DNA of 64,000 bases, from the NCBI GenBank assembly GCA_905178155.1, contig CAJINV010000010.1, positions 729,188 through 793,187 on the forward strand, written 5' to 3'. Below the pieces are notes generated by a model. It was not told the DNA's origin. It searched no databases and saw only the letters and a list, made by a program, of their open reading frames with translations. Origin of the DNA: Amoebophrya sp. A120. Lineage: Eukaryota > Protista > Dinoflagellata. Below are positions 34,756 through 49,700 of the stretch, one piece after another. The translations under genes and the position numbers were made by a program. Position 1 is the first letter of the stretch, and the number at the start of each line of letters is the position of its first letter.

Positions 34756-37700
34756 CTAGGTGTAAATAAACATCTCCTGCGGCGTATCCTGTGTAAAAAC
34801 GTCCCCACCCCAGAGTTGTCATGCAGATTTGCCATGACAGGAACATTTGTGATGCGCAACCCCATGACAGGCATTTTCAATCGTGTTTGGGAACTTGTAA
34901 TGCCGTAAACAGGATTAGCAGGTCGATTTGTGATGCGGCTTTCCTTGCTAACTTGCACTACCATACGGACTGAAACTTGTCATGCGTGACTCACAAAACT
35001 CCTAGGTTTGTGTTGCAAAATCCCCATCCTGACTCTGGTGTGGGTACGTTTTTACTCAGGATACGGCGGGTCGGGGTAATTCTTTTCTCGGTGTTCGCCC
35101 CGCTGGTTCATCTCCCGAACTGTTCCGTCTGGCACGCTATCAAATGCAAAAGTGTCTGGGTCTGGAAGAACGCAACTTGTAATGCTGCATTTGGACGTCT
35201 AAAAAATTTGTGTTGCATGAGCAGCAAAAGGATTCTAATTTTTGCTACGCCGAGAGGGCATTTGTCATGCGGAGTAGGCATCTAATATCCCTCAGAAAGC
35301 CTGTGATGCTAGGGCATGCATCACAGACGTCATGGCTCATGCAAACCGTGCATGACAAGTCTCAGAATCTTCCAGACCCAGACATTTTTGCATTTGATAC
35401 ACGCGGTCACTACTTCCACCTTTCCGTCCTAACCGCAGCCTCTGCTGAGATGAATCAAGTGCTGTTTGTCTTGCACTTTCGCTTTCCGCAGTCAACGTCG
35501 TCACTTGGGCGGGAAGATCCACTGTAGTTGCTGCTGGCCCGCCCCGCACTCCGTTCACTAGTACCTGGCCATCGCCGATAGCAGCAGACGTTGAACCCGC
35601 CGCTGTACTACCCTCCGGATGATAAGGCGGGTCTACGGGCTATCAAATGCAAAAATGTCTCGGTCTGGAACAATGGAACTTGTGATGCTGCATTTGGATA
35701 TCTAAAAAATTTCTCTTGTATGAGCAGCAAAAGGAGCCTAATTTTTGCTACGCGGAAGTAGGGGCATTTGTGATGCGGAATAGGCATCAAGAATCCCTCA
35801 GAAAACCTGTGATGCTAGTGCATGCATCACAGATCGATCATGGCTCACGCAAACCGTGCATGACAAGTCTCAGAATGTTCCTGACCCAGACATTTTTGCA
35901 TTTCAATACGGGCGGAAACAAGGTGTACCGAGCCTGACTCCGAAGTTTACTGTGGATGCCTTGCATCCACAGGTCGGTGTTGGTGTCGGAAGTTGTTGGC
36001 GTTTCAGCTTTATTTGATGTTCCACCGAGGGGGGCGGTCCTCTCTTTATCTCTTTGATACGTGCTATGCAATGCAAATATGTCTGGGTCTGGAAGGTTGG
36101 AGCTTGTAATGCTGTCTCTGGATTCCAAGAAAATCTGTATTGCATGACCAGCAACAGGAGTCCAGTTTGTGTTACGTGGAGATGGCATTTCTCATGCGGG
36201 ATAGGCATTAGGAAGCCCTCTAAAAATCTGTGATGCTAGATCATGCATCATAGGTATCATGGATCACACACAATCTGCATGACAGACCTGGCAATCTTCC
36301 AGACCCAGACATATTTGCATTTGATACGTGCTGTTGAGAAGCGGATCCATCTTGTTTTGCTTTTGCTCCGGCGAAGAAGTGGCGGACATCAGTTCGAAAG
36401 GCATCTGTTATGCATTGCAAATACGTCTGGGTCTGGAAGATTGGCAGACTTGTAATGCTGAATCCGCATACACCTGAACTTTGTGATGCGTGTTATGGAA
36501 TAGTGGTGTCTTATTGTCATGCAAAACGGTAGTTGTGATGCACCAGGTTACGCAGTACAGAACCGTTCAGAAATTTGTCATGCCTGGCTGCCTAGTCGAG
36601 TCGGTTTGTCATTCATGTATATGGCATCACAAGTTTCCAGACCCAGACACATGTGCACTGGATATCTCCGCGTCGATGGGGAGGAGATCTACATCATGGT
36701 CTTGTGAATCATATCACGAGAAAAAAGTGTTACACTTACACACTCGGATGGAAGACAAGCAAGACAGACAACCTCTGTCATGCAGGAAATGCTTGCCAGC
36801 CTCATTTCATTCGTGTTTTCCCTTATAGTCTGCGCATCACAGGTTTTCTCCGTCACACAGAGAAAATTTGTGATGCTGAAATTCCAACAAATGTGTAACT
36901 GTAACACTTTTTTCCTGTGATAAATCAGCATCGGAGTTTATTTTCCCTTCCTTTTCCTTCTTGTTCCTCGCGTCATTTATTTCAGCTTGTCCTGCTTTTT
37001 TCATTTTCTGGTGCCGCTCCAACAAGTGAACCAGACTCTGCTCCTGCTGCAGTAACCCGCAGTACGTTGTCGGGTTTGAAATAAATTTGTTTCCCGGCGG
37101 CTTCTGCACGAAAAACTCTTTGTCCCCGTTCTGAACTTGGAACAAATAGTTGCGATGCTCTTCGCCAACCGACCCTACCTCGCGCTTATCCAGCTGGAGT
37201 GCAGCAGCTGCAGGGAGAGGATCATCTTCGGTCAAAATCTTATGACCGGCTGCGGTAGAAGGAAAAGCTCGTCTCGGATTTTTGGCTTTTGTTTGATCAC
37301 TATCAAGTGTAAAAATGTCTGGGTCTGGAAGAGTGCATGTTTGTCATGCTTGTCTGGCATGACTCTCAAATCTGTCATGCACGTTACCCAAGAGCGCCAT
37401 TTTTCTGTCATGCAGAAACGCAGTTTGTCATGCAGAATAGGCAACACCCAGAAGCTCAGAAACTTGTCATGCTGAGGCAGCTCTTGCGGCCTCCATCCTC
37501 ATGATACGCCACGCAGCATCACAAGTTTCCAGACCCAGACATTTTTGCATTTGATAATAACCATCCGCGGGACGAGTTGTCGCACTCCTACTTTGTTCGC
37601 TGCGTAGAAAATTCCTTCTGCGGGGGGCGTGGCTGTTTTCTTCTTCGCCCGCACTGCGGGTCCTCGCAATGCGGCTCTTCGTTACGCTGGGGAAACCAGG

Positions 37701-40700
37701 CTCTAGTTGCTGCTGTCGAGTGGACGGGACTCTGCTCACTTTCCAGGGCGAGTCATCGCTTGGGTACACGTGGAATTCGAGTGGTTTCTTTCGTACCTCT
37801 TGTACTATTTTTGGCTCTAGCTTCCTGCCTGTCCCGCCCTGCTCGTCGAAATCAGCAACGCCGTCGGTAGTTGCAAAACTTCTAGCAGTCTGTTGCCCAA
37901 AAGATGTTGCCGGAGCAGGAGCCTGTGGCGACTTTATTGTTCTATCCTGTGCAAAGGTATCGCACTAATTGCAATCATGCATGGCAAATCTTCTTCCGAA
38001 GGTAAAGCAGCATGACAAATTGCATTTTTGCTTCTACAACAATTTGTCATGAAATTTGAATTTCTATTAGTACGATACTTTTGCAATGCATATGTTCCAA
38101 TGACCCGCCATTCTCTCGCGAGCGAGAACGCGTCCAGCAGCTCTTTTACGCGCCGCGCGAAAAACGAGGAAGTAAATCTAGAGGATTTATTTCCCCTGGG
38201 GGAAGTAGAGGATTGCTCCGCGTAGTTCTTTTCAGGGACTTCTGCTTCTAAAGAAGGAGAAGACGTTGCTCTTGCCGCGCCACGCTGATACTTGCCGGCA
38301 TCCACTACTGTCTCCTGGAAGATGTCTTCATCCTCGAGCGCCAGCCACTTTTCGAAATTTTCCACCCGCGTTATCAAAGTGAAAAATCCCCCCTCCCCAT
38401 ATCGGAAACGGAAGATGCGCGAATTTGTGATGCTGTATTTGAGGACACAAATCGACTTGTATTGCTAAAAGGCCAAGAGACGAAGCTGCGCCCTACGTTG
38501 CAGGCAATCTGTCATGCTGTTTCCCACTTCCAGTTGCCTCCTGTCATCCTGGAGCTGCAAGGCTCTCCCACGCTAGGCAGCACTACAGTCCGCATCTTTT
38601 GCCTTCTAGCATCACAAAGCTGATTTGTCGCCACAAATCTGCATCACAGATTTCCGTTTTGATATGGGGAGGGGGCATTTTTCATTGTAATACGCGTGCA
38701 GTCCCCGAGCTTCCCCCGCCGCGCAAGGTTCGCTTCGAATTGCTTCGTCAACTCGTGAAATTCGGACTCAGCGACAACGGTGTCCGCCAGAAGCTGGCAA
38801 GAGCGACGACCTTTCCTCGATGTGGTACGGTATTGATTGCAAACATGTCTGGGTCTGGACGGTTGGAACTTGTAATGCTACTAGCTTTCCATACCTAGAA
38901 AATCTGTATTGCATAATCAACAAAAGTCGGAGCCTCTTTTGTACATGTAAAAACGCAGTTTCTCATGCGGGTTCCCTATGAGAAAGCGTTCTCCTGGAAA
39001 GTTGTCATGCTCCGTTGCATGCGGAACTGTCTCCATCGTCCACATTTTAGCATCACAAGTTTCCAGACATCCAGGGATATTTGCATTTGATATACCGACC
39101 AACAGCTGCAAGGCCTCCGCCCCGTCTCTGTTATCCTGTGCAAAAATATCGTACTCGTATTGCAATCATGCATTACAAATTTTTTTCTCAAGGTAAAACA
39201 GCATTACAAATTTTATTTCTCATGCTGAGGGAATTTGTCATGCATTTATACGAATACGATACTTTTGCAGTTCATATCTGTCACCTTTCACCAAATCTCG
39301 CAGACGTGCTCTAGAAGTTCTATGCATTGCAAACATGTCTGGGTCCGGAAGAGTCGGGGCTTGTCATGCACATTTTGCATGACCCGTGAGGTCGGTGATG
39401 CTGGTGCTAGCATCACAGATTTTTTAAGAGCTTCTTTAAGTATGCTCATTGCGCATGAAAAATATTCTCTCCGAGTGCCAAGAACTGACTCCTCTTGCTG
39501 CTCATGCAACAAGAACACAGATATTTTAATTTTTAGAATCCGCAGACAGCATTACAAGTTCCACTCTTCCGGACCCAGACACTTTTGCATTTGATAGGTT
39601 CGAACTCGTTGCAAGATTTCCTGAGTCGTGTGCATCGAGCTTTCGCCCACTGCTGCTCTTATAGTCTCGGTTTGATGTAGAGGCTCCCTATCCCTCGTCG
39701 TCGCTTCCGAGCTGACATTATCAACTGCAAATATGTCTGGGTCTGGAAGATTGCGATATTTGCCATGCTAGTCTGGTATGACTCTGAAATCTGTATCGCG
39801 TGGCCGAGAAGAGCTCTTCTTGCCTGTCATGCAGAAACGCAGTTTCACATGCGGAATACGCAACTCAGAACCACGAAAAAACTTGTCATGCTGGGCAACA
39901 CATTGCAGAGTGCTCGATCTTCCCTTCGTTGCGTCACAAGTTTCCAGACCCAGACATATTTGCAATGCATAGACATCTACTTCATTCGAGGAATGCAAGA
40001 TCGCACACGCCTCCTCCATCCGACTTACGGGTGTGCTTTGTTCGAACCCGTAGGGAACCCCCAATCTTCCCGAATGATCGACAAGAGCCGGCAAATTCGT
40101 TTCTGCAATCAGGACCGCCAATGCGCAAAACAGAAGGGCTATCAAATGCAAAAATGTCTGGGTCTGGAAGATTGCGAGATTTGTCATGGTTGTCTGGCAT
40201 GACCAAAAAGTTTGTGATGCGTGACCAAGAAGAGGCCCTTCTGCCTGTCATGGAAAAACGCAGTTTGTCATGCGAAAAACGCAACACAAAGAAGCGCAGA
40301 CATTTCTCATGCTTGCCTGTGCATTACAGGGCATCCACTATTCCCAACGCAGCATTACAAGTTTCCAGACCCAGACATTTTTACATTTGATAAGGGCCGC
40401 GCAGTGCACGACGCCTGCGCGCACGCAATAGGTCGAACGCCGGCGCTTATTGTGAGGAAAAATCCCCCCTCCCCACATCGAAAAGGTACGTCGCAGAAAA
40501 TTTGCAATGCTGATTTGCGACCACAAAGCATCTCAGTCTTGCAAGAAGGCAATCGCAATTCCACAGGCTCCGCCGCATTATGCAGGCGGTTTGTGATGCT
40601 GTTGGGCCTACAGCGCAGGCGCTTCTCGTGCCAAGAGCCTAGTCCAAAACCTCTCTACTCAGGCTTAGTATGGGCATGCAGTCCTCTCCAGCAAGACAAA

Positions 40701-43700
40701 TCTGATTTGTGTACGCAGATACAGCATCACAGACTTCGTTTTGATGTGGGGTGGGGGAATTTTTCATTTTGATAGCGCTGCCGTCGCAGACTGGACGAGG
40801 CGGAGATGATGTAATTGCCTGATATCGTGAGAAAAAAGTGTTACAGTTACACACTCTGATGGGAGACAAGCAAGACAGACAACCTCTGTCATGCAGGAAA
40901 TGCTTGCCAACCTCATTTCTTACGTGTTTTCCCTTACAGTCTGCGCATCACGGGTTTTCGTTGCCATGTCGAGCAACTTTGTGATGCAGAAACTCCAACA
41001 AATGTGTAACTGTAACACTTTTTTCCTGTCACACCTGATCCATTTGTTGTAGTAGTCGCGCCGGGAAACTGTATTGCTGCTCCTCTAGCGTCAACAAAGG
41101 CAGCTTCTCGTCCTCCGCCGCCTTCGTCGAGAAAGTCGGAAATGCCCGTCGCGTTACCCTATCGTGAGAAAAGGCTGTCTCAGTCTCATTTTGGAATGCG
41201 CAACTTCCTTGACACAGTTTTTTGTCCTGCTGGAAATCCAAGAGCAGAGTCGTCTTCTCTATATCTGTTTTCTCTTCTTGCTGTCTGAACGCATCACAGA
41301 TTTTTCGTTTTTTGCTTCACTAATTTGTCCACCTCCGCAGGGGTTTGAGACTGTGACAGTTTTTTCTCGACACCGTACGCCCTCGGGAAGATCTACCAGC
41401 ACCACAGTGGGGGCCACAGCGTCGGTTGCACGCCGCGTAGAAGTGGTGCTGGAGCTTGGACGACCGTCCTGGTCATTGCCTCTACTTGTTCCGCTGTCTT
41501 CTGTTTGTTCATCTTCATCCCAAGAGTTGTAGTAGAACCCTGGCTCGCGACTGAACAAGATCTCCCGTAACATGCAAAACAGGTCCAACCGCGGGCAGCA
41601 GAGGAGGACAAGCCGGAAAATGTGGTCGGTGTGGTTGGGAGAGGATGTAATTCCTGCTCCCGTCGTGTGCTCGGTGTTTTCATTTTCTGCTGCGGCCTGT
41701 GTAGAAGAAGTAGTGCCAAAAAACTGGTGCTCGTCGCCGATAATTTGCATCACGCCATTATTGCGAACGAGCAGCCGTCTCGAGCCACCGTTTGTCGTCC
41801 ACCACCCGGATGGCCCCGCGCCCCGCAAAACAGTAGTACCCGAAGACCCGCCCGCAGCTGCGCCGCGGGTTCGCTATACCGTGCAAAAATGTCTGGGTCT
41901 GGAAGATCGCCAGGCTTGTCATGCATATTTTGCATAACCCATGATGCCTGTAATGCATGACCTAGCATCACAGATTTTGAAAGGGCCTTCTGATGCGTAT
42001 TCCGCATGAGAAACGCCCACTCCGCGTAGCACAAACTACACTCCTCTCAGCAAGACTTGCTGGTCATGCAATACAGAGCTTTTTTACCTTCCAAAGACAG
42101 CGTCACAAGTTGCAACCTTCCAGACCCAGACACTTTTGCATTTGATATTCGCCGGCCCCGATTGATGTTCGCCCGACGGATGGCATCCGTGTCACCACTT
42201 TGTCGCAACACGTCACCAGCACCAGGAGGGTTAATATTGGGATTCGCATTCGCATTCGCCGCGACGGCGGCCAAAATTTGGTTGTGCGGGTTTTGTTCGG
42301 CTACGTACTGGCGGTTGCGCTCCTTGCCGATGCTCCGGCCAAAACGCTGCTCCCGGTACTTTCCCTCGGACTCCTGGTTTTTCTCCAACATTTCGTCGCG
42401 GCTGAGCGGACCACTGAGGATCCGCTGCAGCTGCTGCTTGCCACGCGAGGTGCTGTGGGTCCTCGTTATGGAGAGAAAAAAGTTTGTCACAGTCACTATC
42501 TTGGAGGTTTTGCATTACAAATTTTTTGAACATCACAACTTTTCCTTGTATTGCAGAACCACTAAGGGAAATCCCGTATGAAGTTCGGCTGTGATGCATT
42601 TTTACGCATGCTAGGCATTTTTTGTATTGCAAAAATGCCCATGAGTGATCGTGACGAACTTTTTTCGTCTGATACTCGTCCTAGAAGTTGCACCAGTGCG
42701 GCTTTCAGACAATGCGACCCCTGGCGCGGTGGTCATCTCGTTCGCAGTTGCATCGCCTTCACCACAGAGAAAGCCGTCGGGGAAGAACTCCAGTTCTGAC
42801 AGCCTCTGTTTCATGAGTTCTAGAACCCTTTCCTGTTTGTTCTTTTTCCTACGACGCGGGGCGTCTTTCTCAACCACACCTAAGCGGCTCCCAGGAGTAG
42901 TCTCTACCGGCCTCCTCTCGTGCTGTTCTGGTCTGGAGGTAGAAGTAGTTGCTTGGCTGTTCCATAGTTTTGCTTTTCTCGTCCGGCGCCGGGCATCCAC
43001 ATCGAGATGAATATTTGCACTTTGGTCGCTGCGCAATTTTTGTTGGAAAAGATCCCGCACGGCTTTCCTGTACACATCATTGCGACGGGCAAAAACGCAA
43101 GGCGGCTGGTGCGCGGGACATGCTTTCTTGGTGGAGGTTGTTCCCGGATGTGTCCTCTCGGAACAACACGCTGAATCACTGCCCCCGTCTATCCTATGTA
43201 AAAAAGTCCCCACCCCAGAGTTGTCATGCAAATCTGCACGGTAACAATGCTTCTCATGCGGAGCCCCATGAGAGGAATTTTTAGTCGTGTTTCGCAATTT
43301 GTCATGCTCCAATCGGCATGATGTGCTACATCTGTGATGCTGCTTAACTAGCTAAACAGTATTACACTATGAGGCCAGATTTGTCATGCAGAACTCCCAA
43401 AACTTTGGGATTTGTCTTGCAGACTTCTCATCTTGACTATGGTGTGGGGATGTTTTTACACAGGATACCGTCGTGCCGCCCCGGTTCCGCACACCGCTCG
43501 AGTGCTGCTTATCCTGAGTAAAAACATCCCCACACCAGAGTCAAGATGGGGATTTTGCAACACAAACCTAGAACTTTTGGGGGTCACGCATCACAAGTTG
43601 CAGTCCGTAGTGTAGTGCAGGTTCGCAAGGCCAGCTGCATCAGAAATCCATCTGCTCATCCTGTTTACAGCATTACAAATATCAAAACACGACTAAAAAT

Positions 43701-46700
43701 GCCTCTCCTGGCGATGCGCATTACAAATGTTTTTGTCATTGCAAATCTGCATGACAACTCTGGTGTGGGGACGTTTTTACTCAGGATACTGCTCTGTAGA
43801 TCGTCAGGAAAGCCTGCTCATTGCTCACCCCGAACGCCTGCGCAAAGTCCGCCACCGAAATGTAGTCTGCCGCCTGCACCGGAATCTGCGTTGTAAAATC
43901 TATCCAGTGCAAACATGTCTGGGTCCTCTGGAAGGGTCCGAACTTGTCATGCTAATTCTGGATAGTGCAAAAATCTGTGTTGCGTGATTACCAAAAGCTG
44001 CCCACTTTTGACCAGGTTGAGAGGCAGTTTCTCACGCAGGCGAGGCATGATAGAGGTCGCGCAGAATCTGTCATGCTAGATCATACATGACAGATCTCAT
44101 GCGTCATGGAAAACCTGCATGACAAGTCTTGCGACCTTCCAGACCCAGACATATTTGCGTTTGATAAAATCCCGGAACATGCGATTTCTCAGCAAATCCT
44201 TATGCAATGCAAAAGCATCGTACTAGTAAGCATGACAAATTAGCCCAGCATTACAAATTTAATATGTAATGCTGATTTGCCTTGGGGAAGAGGTTTGTAT
44301 TGCATAAATGCAATTACTACGAGTACGATACTTTTGCAATGCATAATTCTTCTCCCGCGCCAACTTCTCGCGGCGGTGCCTCGCCTGCTGCTCTGCGACC
44401 AGTCCTTCTGCTGGGGCAAGTGGTTGCTCATCTTCCGCCCGAGAGTCGTATAATGCAGGCGTCGCAACATTCCGTAGTTGCGCCGCATTTTCTTCCTCCT
44501 GCTGATTCGTCGTTGTAGTAGAAGCTGCACCGTGGTTGTTGTCTACTGCGGACGGCGGAGAGGGAAGTCGACTCAACAGCGACTGTATCAAATGCAAATA
44601 TGTCTGGGTCTGGATGAGTGCCGGAGTTTGTCATGCATCTTTCGGACCACGCAACTGGTCTCTAAAAATGCACGCAAGAGCATTACACGTTCTGCCCAGG
44701 AGGCCTCCGGATGCCTATCCCGCATGAGAAGTTCCCTCCTTGCGGTAGCGAGAAGTGGGCAGCTTTTGATGGCGCTCATGCATTTATACAAGTTTTTGCC
44801 TATTCCAGAATCCGCATCACAGGTTACTCTCTTCCAGACCCAGACATATTTGCATTTGATAGACTGGCCCTGCCAGGACTCCGCGGCCACAGAGTTAAAC
44901 GAGCCGACTGCAGAGGAGGAAAGCGCATCGCTACTTTGAGGTGGATTTGATATCGTGCGGCTCCGACCAGCGCGACTGCTGGCGCCGGATGGTACGGTAC
45001 TAGAGCTACTACTTTCAGTGTCATCATTTGGTCCCGTTCCCAATTTTTCGTCCAGGTCCCCCGCTGCCTCTTCTTCGCTGTCAAGAACCTCGTCCAGCGC
45101 GTTATAGCCCGCTCAGGTGTTACAAGCTGCTCAAACGTTACGAACAAATAAATACCGGTAATTTGTGATGCAAAACGTGCACGATCTGGCCTACTCTGCT
45201 CTCATAGATAGGAGTAAGCATGACAAAAACATCTTTAGAATCCGGTGATGGAAAAAATTTGTATTGCGAAAAGCAGGAGAACGGCGCTCTGTGTGGCTCT
45301 TATGCTGATCATGCAAAACTACAGAAGTCAGATTCTGTGGTAACCGGTTTGAGATTGTAGCACGGGAGCGGGTCATAGTCGTCACACGTGCTCATCAACA
45401 CGGACAGCACGTCCGGTAGCTGCTGAAAGGGCCAGTCCGCGAAAAAATGCTTCCTCATTTCGCAATGACCCCCCGCCTATGGATTGCAAAAGTGTCTGGG
45501 TCTGGAAGGTTGTAACTTGTGCTGCTGTCTTCGGATTCGAAAAAAATCTGTATTGCATGAGGAGCAAAAGGAGTCCAATTTGTTCTACACGACGAGGGCA
45601 TTTCTCATGCAGATTAGGCATCAGGATTCTGTCTAAAAAAAAAAATCTGTGATTCCAGGTTATGCATTACAGACAACATGGGTCATGGAAAATATGCATG
45701 ACAAATCGTACAAATCTTGCAGACCCAGACATTTTTGCAGTTGATACCGCCCAGCGGAAGAGAAACTCGCGGGAAAAGAAAACCGGAAGCTTGACATGCA
45801 GGTCGGTTTCCTCGATATTAGTTTTACATCCTGCTGGAAGTAGGGGAGAAGGAGATCGGCGAGGCCGCAGGGGTCCAGATCGCCGTGCGTGGTCACCACC
45901 ACACGACTGCTCCTTATAACCCGCTCAAATGTTACAATCTCAAGCGTTACAATAGAATATGGAGTTCTGTGATGCAAGAAGTGCATGATGTACCCTAGTC
46001 GCACACCAGGATTGCGCATGACAACTCTCGGAGCCCCAAACCGCACTAGAAGATGGCGAAATTGGTATTGCAGAAAGTGGAATGCTCTGGGATTTTGTCA
46101 TGCTCATCATGCAACACAAATTCCAGATTCTATTGTAACGGTTGAGATTGTAACACCTGAGCAGGTTATACTCCTCTTCACTGTTTTTATTTTTTTCACC
46201 AGCTGGATCAGTTGCTGTCGCATTTTTGCTGCTGTTCCTCGGGCGTCGGGCGTCGTCAGTCACAGGAGTCGTGGACGTCGAGGTGTAGTTATTTTCTATT
46301 CCACTAGTACTACGTCTACATCCATCTTCAACTTCACCGACGGCTGAGCCATCTTCCCATCCGCTTGTTCTCTCCATCTCCGCTAAAACCCGACTCGCTG
46401 CGCACGTGAAGGTCTGTTCGCCGAGAAGCGTGCAGACGTCGAAATCTAGGTCTTCAAAGCTGTTCCGCGTCATCGGGCACTCTAAGTGCTGGGAGGAAAA
46501 CTGTTCGCGGTTCGTGACCGTTGCGTTTAGGAACCGGTGGAGGCCGAGGAGCTGCGAGATGGAAATGTTGGGGTTTAGTTCTAGAAGATCATGATCAACA
46601 TCATCTTCCCCTTCTTCACTTGGCGCGGCCCCGCCCGCCCTGGCGCTCTTCATCCTCTCGAAGCTTGCCGTAGTACTATTCTTCCTCCCTACCGCGGCTG

Positions 46701-49700
46701 TCAGGCCGCGACAAACAGCGTCAAATTTCAGCAGTAGATTCTTGGTCAGCAGCTCCCTCTCGTCGTCGTCACCGTCTTTGTCTTTCTCAGCAACAAAGCG
46801 CGGCCGCAACCATTCTTGTTCACAAGACGAAAGAACGGGATCACGAACAGGAAGAGAGGAGGTTCTTTCCAAGAAGTGATCTGAAGGTGGTTGTTGATCA
46901 TGTACTACTACATCCTCCTTTATTCCCGCACAAGAACTTCTTCCAGTTCCACTGAAAAAATCGACGCCAGGTGGAGCCGCTTCTGTGTAGTTGGGAAGTT
47001 CTTGGGACGGAGGAGCGGCTGCACCGGAGACGGCCGCTGGTCGTGCAGGCGAGGACGTTTTAGTGGCGTTCTTGTGCGCGCGGAAGACGACGTGGTGTTC
47101 TTCCTCCGGTATTATCGTTGTGCTTGTGTCCTCCTCCTCTGCGTCAAGGTCAACATGATCTTGATCTCCCTTATAAAAATGATCCGAAAGTTGTAGACCC
47201 CCATGATCATTATCGAGAGTCTTACGAATCAACCGTCGCGCAAGCGGCTCGAGTAGAACTTCCATTTTCCGTTCCCGCTTCTTCGCTGCAACGTCTTGTG
47301 CCGCCTCCAGTTCTATCCTGTGTAAAAACGTACCCACACCATAGTTGTCATGCTACTCCGCATGCTTAAAATGTTTCTCATGCGGAGCCGCATGAGAAGC
47401 ATTCTCTGATGCGGTTTGGAAATCTGTAATGCGCCAATCAGAATGAGATACTAGATCTGTAATGCTGCTTAGCTAGCTCAAACAGCACTACAAGACGCGT
47501 CCAAATTTGTCATGCGAAACAGCCAAAGCTTATGGATTTGTCTAGCGTATTTCCCATCTTGACTCTGGTGTGGGGACATTTTTACTCAGGATAAGTTCTT
47601 CTTGTTGTTCTGGCGCAGGTCTATCCTGAGCAAAAACGTACCCACACCATAGTCAAGATGGGGAATCGGCTAGACAAATCCACAAGTTTTGGCTGTTTTG
47701 CATGACAAATTTGGATTCGTAGTGTAGTACTGTTTGAGGTAGCTCAGCAGCATCACAGATCTAGCATACCATGCCGATTGGAGCATGACAAATTGCAAAA
47801 CACGACGAGAAAATGCATCTCATGGGGCTCCGCATGAGAAACATTTTCAGCATGCAGATTTGCATTACAACTCTGGGGTGGGGATGTTTTTACTCCGAAT
47901 AAGGTCGTCCACTTGTTCTTCTCTTCTGCTTCTTCCCCCGACATGGCCATGGCCGGGCGTGAAGACTCTCTTCATCTTCCGGAAGATGAACTTGCTCCGC
48001 AGTAGATGAGCAAGTGGTAACTATGCATTGCAAATATGTCTGGTGTTTTGTCTGGAAACAAGACCTTGGTACAGCACAGGGAAGAGAACGACTTGAACTT
48101 TTTGAAGAAAGAAAATAAAAGAGAACTACGTGGATGCACGATGTAGAGAGAGATTAAAACATGCTAATATGTCCACCGGTGAAACTAACTACTACTACTT
48201 ATACTATCACTTGCGCAACATATAAATTGGGTGCTAAACCATCCAGACCCAGACATCATAAATAATTTGCACGTACATAGGAATTGCTTTGCAGTGGAAC
48301 AGCTTCTTTAGCTCCTGGGTTAGTAGCAGAACCAAAACTTCTTCCTCCGCCCGGGGGATCGGTGGTGGAGGAGGAAAATCACTACTGCTCGAATTTTTGG
48401 CTCGTCGCGCTGGTACTGCTTCTGCATAAACCTGGTCTACTTCTTGCTCTTGGGACGTGGTGGACCACCTCGTCCACGACATATCAGTAGATGAGGCAGC
48501 CGACGTTACATCTTCCCTTGCCCGCACAGGAGAAACTGCACTCGCAACACCTCTTCCCGCAGCCTCATCTGTCGCTGTGTCGGCACCGTGTAAACCGACA
48601 CCTATCGGAGGCGAGGAGATGACAAAATTGCCGTCCCCAGATGATGCGGGCGTGGCGGTAATTATTGGGGCGGGGAGAGGTGGTAGTCCGGCAGCACTGC
48701 CACTGCTGCTACTGCTGCCCTGCGCGGCCCGGATCGCATTGGCATCGTGTTCTTCTTCTTCTTCTTCACCAGCTAGTACTTGATTATGATTTATTAATAT
48801 TGCTCGTCCTTGTCTAGAAGAAGTTGTACCAGAAGGGGCCCCCGTCCGGCGAAAAAAACCCCGCTCTTCCCCTGGTCCCCGCGGCTCTCCACCTGCAGCT
48901 TCACTTCTAACAGTGCCCCGTCGCTCCAACAGTGGCTCGAGCGCGGACTGCGGAAACTGGGGTCCTGGGGCGGCACGTAAAAAATGATCGCGTGGCTCTG
49001 GAGCCTGGGAGGAGGTGCTGCTGCTCGAGGAAAAAACCGCATTCAGTTGGGCAGCCGCGGTCCTCGTATGGAAGCGTCAGGATTGAAGTCGTCAAAGTTG
49101 AAACAGTTTGTCATGCATAAAATGCAGCCCACGGAGTGCCTGTCTTGCAGAGTAGGCAACTAAGGCAGGTCGTAAGCCTGTTAAGGGATAGAAACTGAGC
49201 TGCTAAAGTAGCATGACAAAAGGCGCCTTCCTTACCCAAACAGCATGACAAACTGGATTTCGAATCTACCCAAATTTGTCATGCGCCACTTGGAAACTGC
49301 TGGGTCACAACTTTCATCCATTTTATGCATTGCAAGCTATTTCAACTTTGTCGATTTCAATCCTGACACATCCATACCTCGTGGGATCTTCATATAAACC
49401 TGTTTCTACCTCTTCCCCTACTCCCGCTCCCGGCCGTGCTGGAGCTCGAGTTATCAAATGCAAATATGTCTCCTGAGTCTGGAAGAACGAATGCAAATAC
49501 ATGTTTGTCATGTTTGTATGGCACGACCCAAAAGGTCTGGAATGCGAGCTGTACCATCAAAGGTTTACTTATTTGAAACAACTCCTCAATGCCTACATGT
49601 ACATCCTGCGTCAGAAATTACTTATACCGCCTTCGCGTGACCCAAGGTGGCCGTGCCTTGCTGCTCACGCAATACAGAACTTCGTGTTCCCCCGACCTAG

